DNA of 64,000 bases. It comes from Lingula anatina. Its lineage: Eukaryota; Animalia; Brachiopoda. The notes under the pieces are model-generated. The model saw only the letters and a list, made by a program, of their open reading frames with translations, did not search any database and was not told the DNA's origin. Both the position numbers and the translations under genes were made by a program. Positions 55,144 to 64,000 of this stretch are shown one piece after another; the stretch's first letter is position 1, and the number at the start of each line of letters is the position of its first letter. The DNA lies in NCBI GenBank assembly GCA_051362555.1, contig CM120643.1:15102644-15166643 (forward strand), in the 5' to 3' direction.

Positions 55144-56117
55144 TCAGTTGTCCCTACATTTGTCTGGAGGGATATAATGGAGGACAGAAGTGTGCTGATT
55201 ACGGTCATCATCCACCAATAATGTCACAGTTTTCTTCCAGTAGTCGAAACTGATTCTAGAACTCTGAAAAAGCAACAAGTTGTTTCTGCTTTATATGTAA
55301 AGAGCTAATTACATATAAATCTTTCAAAAAGATATATATATAATTTTAAAAAATTCATCCATAACCTAAAATTACTTTTTAACACATGACAACATGGGCA
55401 TATATTGTAAATTTTGGGACATCATTATATTATTAATCCCTCTCAATCTGAAATTACAGAACAATATTTAATTTACAAATAAAAACATCCCGGCTACTAT
55501 TCCCTACCTTCTCCAGTGCACTGCAGTCCTTATCTTTGTGGAGATAGTGCTCCTGCCAGAACAATAACAGGTCTCTGAAATATAAGAGGACTTAAATAAA
55601 TCCTCACATTACGCTGTGTTTGAATGTCTATACTCTAAAACGTAAACACAACAAAAAACGTCTCCACAGTATTATCTGAGTTTTTTCATCCACTTCTATT
55701 ATCAAGGGTAGTTATAATTTCACAATTTATAATGTTTTCATCCCATTTTAATAGTTAAAGACAAACCCTTCTATTATTCAAATAATATCTTAACTATTCA
55801 TCATTTTTCATATTTCAATGACAATGTGCTTTCTGACAAGAGTTCAACCTTCTCACATTCCTATTTCCAGTCCAAAGAGCGACTTACAAATCACTATATT
55901 GCTTTCCCTTGTTCATCAATTATGTTCAAAATTTGTGGATTATTACTGTACCTGAAATTCTTCATGAGGACATCGCCGCCTTTCTTCTCATGGGGACGAC
56001 AGTACTTCTCCTCTCTCAGAGCAGACAAATATTTTGGAAGTTCTCCGCGGCGGTTGGCAAACATGAGGAATACTAACGTTGTGTTCAGGCAGCTCACATT
56101 TTCCTGGATGAAATTAA

Positions 56118-56158
<41 letters not shown>

Positions 56159-59100
56159 AAACCTTTTAAGATTCTATACACAAGCATAGTATCTGCCTAT
56201 TCTTCAACTTTGGACTGGAAGGCCTCAGCAAGCTGCTTATCACTATTAATCGAAATCAAAAACCCAACTCAGTTTACCAAGTACTACAAATGAAAATACT
56301 TACTAGTAAGTTCAAGTCAAACTCATCTTACCTGTGTCAGAGTTTGTACATTGATGATATTGACCAGGCGGTGGAGGTAGTCGACTTGCCTCCCAAACTC
56401 ATCCAGGTACTTGAGCAAATGGCATTCTTTTGTTACATAATCTGAAGACAGAAGTTCAAATAGAACTGGTGATAATCATTTTTGTACATTCAGTGACTTT
56501 TTCAATCTCATTTGCCAAAAAATTAAAAAAAGAATAATAAATAAATTAAAAATAATAATAATAAAAAATAAAAATAAAAAACAGATTCTTAAATCCAGGA
56601 TTGTGAAATGCAACTGAAACAGCTGCAGCTGCCGTCTTTTCTTTCTAAGTTGATGGGGTGAAAATTCATATCAAACTAGAGGATCAGAGAGGCGATACCG
56701 CCTCTGGATATTGTACCACCAGCTGGAGTAAGCGCATTCGTATGGACCCCCCCCCCCCAAAAAAAAAAAAAAAAAAAAAAAAAATTGGACACCACCACCA
56801 GTCTTGTGCTTGACAAGCTTTATAAAATGCAATAAACAAGAGTTCTAAAAATATGAAAAAAAAAAAAAAAATCAAAAAAACATAACAGTTAAAATGGTCC
56901 AATCAAGGAGATGTCCAAATTAACCTGTATTTTCCTAACACTGATCACTCCTGTGATTTTCTAGACAATAGGCCTATTGGTTTTCCTTGAAATGCATTAT
57001 CAGTAATGCATAAACTGGATGCTGACAAAAGAGAAAACCTAGGAACAACACTGGGCAGATCCATGCTAGTTTTGAAGATATGAAGGGCAAGAAAATATGC
57101 AGAGTTCAGTTTGAGGTAAAAAAGTAGGTCAAAGGTCAATTTCAAGGTCACAGTATATGACTTCCTATATAAGTTCAATAGTAGCTATGGGCATTTCTTT
57201 GCCAATGTTGGAGATATGAAGGCCAGGAAACATGCAAAGTGCAGTTTATCATAAATAGTAGGTCAAAGGTCAATTTCAAGGTCACAGTAAGATTGCCAGT
57301 ATATGACTTCCTATTCAAGTTCAATAGTAACTTTGGACCTATTTCTGCCATTTTTCGAGATATAAGGGATAGAAAATTTGCAAAGTTCAGTTCATGTTGA
57401 AAAGTAGGTCAAAGGTCAATTTCAAGGTCACAATAAGAATGCCAGTATATGACTTCCTATTCAAGTTCAACAGTAACTATGGGTGTATCTCTGCCAGTTT
57501 TGGAGATATAAGGGCTGGAAAATTTGCAAAGTTCAGTTCATGGTGAAAAGTATGTCAAAGGTCAATTAAAAGGTCACAGTTAGATTATCAGTATATAACT
57601 TCCTATTCAAGTTCAATAGTAACTATGGGTGTATCTCTGCCAGTTTTGGAGATATAAGGGCTAGAAAATTTGCAAAGTTCAGTTTATGGTGAAAAGTAGG
57701 TCAAAGGTCAATTTAAAGGTCACAGTTAGATTATCAGTATATAACTTCCTATTCAAGTTCAATAGTAACTATGGGTGTATCTCTGCCAGTTTTGGAGATA
57801 TAAGGGCTAGAAAATTTGCAAAGTTCAGTTCATGGTGAAAAGTAGGTCAAAGGTCAATTTAAAGGTCACAGTTAGATTATCAGTATATAACTTCCTATTC
57901 AAGTTCAATAGTAACTATGGGTGTATCTCTGCCAGTTTTGGAGATATAAGGGCTAGAAAATTTGCAAAGTTCAGTTCATGGTGAAAAGTAGGTCAAAGGT
58001 CAATTTAAAGGTCACAGTTAGATTACTTGTATATAACTTCCTATTCAAGTTCAATAGTACCTATGGGCGTATCTCTGCCAGTTTTGGAATATTTAACATT
58101 TTTCCCACTGAATATTGCGATGTTGTAATTTTTGATATAGCGCAATGCCTAAACCATATCGAAAACAAAAAAATGGACACCACCTCCAGTATTGCACTTG
58201 ACAAGTTCTACAAAGTGAGATGAACAAAAGGTCTCTGGCATTTACCATTCCAGAATAAAGGCAAGTTTTTAGTTTTGTTATCTAATGGCTGCTTCTCCCG
58301 TGAAAATGCACCGATTGACCCCAAACTCCCAAAGATGAAAGGAGTCCCCAATTGTAACCCCTCACTGTAACAGGAGAGCTTAGATCTGTGTAGTTTCCAA
58401 AAAATAGCACAAACAAATATTTTTTTGCAGAAAATTCCCATTTTTAGAAAATTTTGGCTTGTTTGTCCTTGAAAAAAAGGTCAAAAGTCAAATCAAAGGG
58501 CATATTTGGAATCTCCACATATGACTTTCGGTCAGACTTCTGTAGTAATTTTTCCCATAATTCCTTTGGTTTGGGAGATATTTAGCCTTGAATTTTCAAA
58601 AATTTTGACAAGGGTGCGTTTCAACAAGTGTCACGCCCAGGCCAATGCACCGACAGAGACAAAAAACCCAGGGTGTTCAAGTTGAGATTATATGTGACCT
58701 AAATCCAAGAGATGGGGACACAGGTCCTGGCGGTCTAGGAGGAGAAGCGGTAACGGTGACTTGTTTCCGGCGCCCGACTGCGGAGCCGCAGGAGCCGGCG
58801 GAGCTGTACGAGACGGGTCGGGACTAAAACCATGAGTACCGCCAGCGTATACGCTGGTGGTACTAATAACCATATAGATCTTTAAGCAATAAATAAGTTA
58901 TTACAAAGATGTACCTATGAAGATCTACTATAAAAATGTAATATCTAATCCGGGGTTTCGTTCCTTATGCCTTCTTCTCGGATTTGAAGAAAAAAAAAAA
59001 GAAATTTCATTCATTACCTTTTTTTATCAAATTACATTTTTATAGTTGATCTTCATAGATGCATCTTTATAATAACTTATTCTGGAAGGGGTGAAACAAA

Positions 59101-62100
59101 CATGGTACCTACCTGCAAACTCGGGCTGTATTGTGGTGAAGTGTTCCAGAGATAAAATCAGACTCCTCAGGAACATATTGGAATCCACCAAATTTCTATT
59201 GACAGTGGCAATGAATTTGTCTACCTGTAAGACAGTAAAATTTCTCTAATCTAAAAAAAACTTATGATTCTTTTCTTAGCAAGCAAAATAGATTACTTTT
59301 TTGAGCAAATACTTCATCTATGCCTAAAGATGTACCTAAGATCTTTGAGTAGGTAATGTTTTAAATAAGTACAAGTTAAATTCTGGGCATAACTACCACA
59401 GAATATGATTTCCACTCCTTTATATTGGTATCCTACTATGATTTTAATTAAAATACTTTTAAAATCTTATACTCTATAACTGCTACTATTTCAATGGCAA
59501 AAGCATTTGTGAAAGTACTTTGTGCAACAAATATAACTGCAAATTTGTTTTTAGGAGAAATGTACGAGCCTATAAAAATAATTCATTTTTGTATTTTTTT
59601 AACTCAAGTGGTTCCAATGAAATTATTGCAAGAACAATTCTGTGTGCCCTCCCCAAGTCTCACCTTCTGTTTTGTACTGAGCACCTTGTCAAAAGCCTTG
59701 AAAGCCTCACAGTTAAACTTGACCAGCTCTCCCAGGAGGTCAAAGCTGCTCTGGAGTATCTCCTTGGGACGGATGTCGTACTCCACTATATTGCTGGCCA
59801 CATGCTGAAATAGGAGAATTTGTTATTGCTTTCAATATTTTTCATCGGTATTGGATATGATTTCAGTGTTGAACTTCCCAGGAAAATTATACCTTTGTTA
59901 GGTAAAAGGCTTATGTTCACTGTGAACCAAATAAACCAATAGATATATTAACATTCAGACCGACTAATATTGACAACCCTGTGACGAGAGAGAGAACAAG
60001 AGCCAGAGATGGAAATCTATACCTGAAGCAGTCCCCTTCTCAGTAAGAAAATCTGATCACAGTAAGAGGTCCTGCCCCTCAGGTAGCTCTCCACAGCCCT
60101 AGCCAGCCAGAACCTGAAGGTGGAAGCATTGGGCTCCTTCTTCAACACCTCCACTATCTTTGTGAGCAGTCCTTTGCTCCCTTTACACATTAGCTGACTG
60201 AAATAGAAGACCAAATGTGCTTTTGGTGATTTTAAGTATTTATTCATTTATTCACTCACTCAGTCAGTTAATCAATCCCCCAATAGGTTTTAACTCAAAC
60301 AGACTGCCTATAGCCTTCTTGCCACTGCAAATGATAAGGGTTCTTTATACTGCTATTTAACGTGTATTGCCTTACACTGTACATATGTATTGCCCTGGTA
60401 CTGTTGGCATCTTTCCTTATCCACAACAAACATTTTCATAAAAATGGGGCATGAAGATGCTGGTATCTCATCATTATTATAAGAAAGGACAAGAAATGAT
60501 CTGGTGGATCCCTTTCATTAACTTTACTCTTGTTTTGATTTTTTTTGCTTTTTTTTTTTTTTTTTTTGTATTTTGATTTAATATCATAAATATGGAGAAC
60601 ATGCAATCCACATTACTGTTGCTTAAAATAGCACTATGTTTCTTACTTACGTGTTGATATTTTCCAGATCTCCTACCACCAGAGGTGTTGCAGCCTTCTC
60701 TGAAATTTACAAAGAGATAACATATTATCTTATCTCAAAACAAAATTTAATAAAGTTGCAGGGCACATAAGGAGCAGTACACATTCACATGGCAAAATTC
60801 TCATTTTCCTAGAATTTTCAAATTTATCGTATCCAAAACCACTGAAAAATGTGCTTTAAATTTCTTATTTTCAGCATTGTGAGTTAAATTCATTTCCATC
60901 TTGATTGTGACTAAAAATCAAGAAATTTAAACAAACCATAAGCCTTGTAAACATTTTGTGAAAAAATAATTGCTCTTAAAACAAGATAAGATGAATAATT
61001 GATTACATTTTCATCCTTAATAAAAACTGACTTTTTTCAATACTTTTATTTTTTGAATACTGCTGAAAAAATAGCTTACCATTTATCCTCTTCAACTCAC
61101 TAAGTTCTGATCTGGACAGTAATAAATGCTTGTAGCTGAAACCAAAAAGTATCCAGTGAAAAGAAAGAATGATTTCATAATCATAAAAATACTTTTAGTA
61201 AAATCATAAAAATTCATTACAAAATTTTAATATAGCATGACTGCAGTATGACAAACAACCCATTGCTACAAGGCTGTTCCAAAAAACACATTACTTCACT
61301 GGCCATATGCCACTACCAGGGCCTAAAAACATCAGCCAGCTAGTTACTAAAACCAGGCCAGTAAATTTTTCTTAAATTGCTCAAGTTTCTGGTCACTATT
61401 TCTGCTGTGGGTCAAGTGGATTCTTAGACCTTGGTGGTGCAAAGGGCCCAGTGTTAGCCTTAAATGGCAGACTAAAAGATTCGGGGATCAAATATGGTGA
61501 CCCACTTAAAAGCATGCTGCTTAATTCCCAAATAGACACTGAATACATTCCCGCAGGGATAATGCAACAAGCATTCAAGTGGGTTGGCCATATTTGATCT
61601 GTGGATCCGTTAGTCCGCTGTCTTGAATACACTCTAATGAGATTTCGGCACAGATTGCTCTACTTACTCAGAATGATCACAGAAGCTATGGACCAATCGC
61701 AGGAACTGGATCTTTAAGGCCACCTCTGGACTGCACTCGCAGCTTGCATTGTGCCCACGTAACCTGTGCCGGCTGTTGTTTCTATGCCTGAAATAGAGAT
61801 GCAAGTTGTGCCCCTTTTATCTTAGATATTTTCGCATCATTTTTAACCTAAAACAAGGGATTTGTGTCAGTGTGAGAATCAATCTTTGCCTACTGTCGTT
61901 TCTGAGACTTATATACTAAATTATGTTTTTTTATGTTCACGTCTCCTATTTGACACATGCTCATCACCAGTTTATTCATTAAGTTAGTAATTTAATCCAT
62001 AAACAAATTTGAATATACAATAAATCTTATAGTCTGTTATATATTGCATCAGATGTGCAAATTGCTCGACATTTACTTGCATAGCATCCTCAATTCATCT

Positions 62101-63460
62101 TTGACTTTTCAGCAGATGATTGAAATTAATAATAGCACCTTAACCTTTGAAGGGATGAATAACGCACTTTTCATTAATTTCACTTCATTCTACAGAGGCA
62201 TTAACACTTACATTTGGCACTTCCAAATAAACTGGTCAAAAAAGTTACTGAGTGCTGGAATCAACTTCAGTTCTGCTAATTTTCTTTGTACCTGAAAGAC
62301 GTTTAATAAACCATTTATTAAATGGAGCATTAATGACACTATTAAACATCATTTTAATACAAACAAAATTAAAAGTTACAAAAAAGAAAGAAACTCATTG
62401 AAAGAATTACTGACTACAGGAAAAGACAATTCAATACTTATCTATCACCTCTGGAATTAAGAACTTAAAAAAAAAAAAAATGACTTATTAATGAGTACTT
62501 AAACTGCACCACTGATTTTTCTGTTTTCCAATGAGGAAGAAACCTAAGTCACAGCCTTTACTTTTCCCTGTATTTCTCCAACAAGAAGAAGACCAACTTG
62601 AAGGACCAAGTCTTACCTTCTTCCTGTGTTTTCCGACTAGAAACAGACCTAGGACGTAGACCACCTCTACTCTGTTGATCAGGTCGTAGCAAATCCTCAC
62701 GCCTGGTTGCTGCATCATTGGACCATGTGCTGTCGCTGCCTCAGAGATTCCTAACAATAGGTGGAGCCACAGTCAGTGCATTTATAAATATCTTAATATA
62801 AAAAAATTTAAAATGTGGGGACTGAGCTAACTTCATCCACACTAATGTTACACTAATGCAACTTGAGGACAAAGAACTGTCCTGTTAAAAGAACTTAAAG
62901 CTGGTTTTAAACTTTAAGAAGAAATTTTTATTTTATTCAGTGCAAGATAAATAAAACTATTGGATTTTACTATTGGATAAAACTATTGGATTTTACAATA
63001 AATCAATACAGATGGTAAAAAAACATCAAATTGAAATTTGTCCTACAAGTTCAATATCTTACTTAATTGGACTTCTTCTGATTGCATCAGAAGTAGACTT
63101 TAATTTAACTTCTTGTCTATATTTCTTTGGTGAAACTGACCCAGACTTATCTTAGACATACACTTTTTTTAGTCAAACATGAGCTAAATAAAACATGGGG
63201 GACTCTCTGTCACATTACACAGGCTCAATCTCTATTGAACTATACCAATGACTTTCTGTTACAGGGACCCCCAGTTTCCTCACACCTGCAGTAAGCCGAA
63301 GATGGCCCCACACAAAGGAACTGCACGACCCTCCACATACCTCCTATGAACTCCGCAAAGTCATCCACCTCTGGTTGGTCTATGGAGTCGGCTAGCGTGT
63401 TGTCTATCCATTCCATCCAACAGTCCAACTCACTGTGTTTATTTCTGTAGCGAGGGGAGT
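55144..63460 (-). CDS. TRPC4AP: TRPC4-associated protein (TRUSS, CRL4 substrate receptor); 3' part, 5' exons beyond the window
   Basis: Exons 63460-63341, 62750-62617, 62291-62212, 61787-61668, 61135-61080, 60699-60651, 60197-60023, 59804-59664, 59224-59113, 56441-56332, 56103-55952, 55574-55508, 55263-55144. Motifs GHNASCECSPEVALKIQFLRL, FRFWLARAVESYLRG, LQSSFDLLGELVKFN, VQTLTQENVSCLNT, FWQEHYLHKDKD match TRPC4AP. Confidence 0.95.
56834..58869 (+). mobile_element. Helentron/HINE-like element with a 146-bp tandem array (~7 units, 57065-58090)
   Basis: GCAAAGT at 57234, 57380, 57526, 57672, 57818, 57964 (exact 146 spacing); GC-rich GCGGAGCC tract, then a terminal hairpin AGTACCGCCAGCGT-AT-ACGCTGGTGGTACT 58835-58864 followed by AATAA; left end at AAACAAGAG is inferred. 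Confidence 0.7.
58893..59080. mobile_element. MITE / foldback with 50-bp inverted repeats
   Basis: 58893-58942 is inverted at 59031-59080 with 4 mismatches. Confidence 0.75.
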
Positions 63461-64000
63461 CTGGAAACCAGGAGAAAAAAGGTTATAGACAGCAAATATG
63501 TATTATACAAATACAATGTTCATAACAACCTACAAATAGCACAAACAAAAATAATACTTATCATTATAAAATTATGAAATTTTAACAATTTTCTCTTTAT
63601 CACCAAAGTATACCCTACTCAAACTGTTGAAAAATTTACAATCTAATATTACTTACACTACTTAGAATACAAAATATCAGCCTCACACAAAAACTAGTCT
63701 CAATTAGCAGAAGGAAGTAAACAATACTAAATTGGTTCTGGCAAATTTATCATTTAATTAAAATCAAATAATTTCAAATTTTGAGTTCAGTTTAAATAAT
63801 CTAGATATTTTGCATAAAAAATCACATTCTGCAATGACCACAGATAATGAAGAATTACATCGCCAGCAAGTTTGAACTAAATAACAAAGTAATAATATTT
63901 TACAGTTGTCAAGAATCAGAAGTGTTTCTGAATTCTATATCAAAGAAGGGCTGCATTTGTCTGTTACTACTCAGCATCAAACTATGACCCATTTTATAAA

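Overview
AT-rich eukaryotic, intron-rich genomic window. The repeat types suggest a bivalve such as an oyster (inference only). Well-supported genes: two intact tandem GABARAPL2/ATG8 paralogs (minus strand, 4 exons each), PRP4 kinase/PRPF4B (plus, 14 exons, head-to-head with the second ATG8, tRNA-His(GTG) in intron 1), the 3' part of TRPC4AP (minus, 13 exons) and a GC-rich non-RD Ser/Thr kinase gene (plus). The rest is non-autonomous DNA transposons (TA-, TTAA- and 4-bp-TSD types), Helentron/HINE-like elements with satellite arrays, minisatellites and local duplications. Main observation: both ATG8 paralogs end directly in Gly116, so no ATG4 priming cut is needed. The second has a charge-reversed LIR-docking site (R47E, K48Q; net 5 charges more acidic), which points to a functionally diverged ATG8. 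The adjacent kinase locus has an exon carrying an ATG8-like peptide (FVGKVLP) and may also encode a secreted Cys-containing peptide in another frame; both points are speculative.
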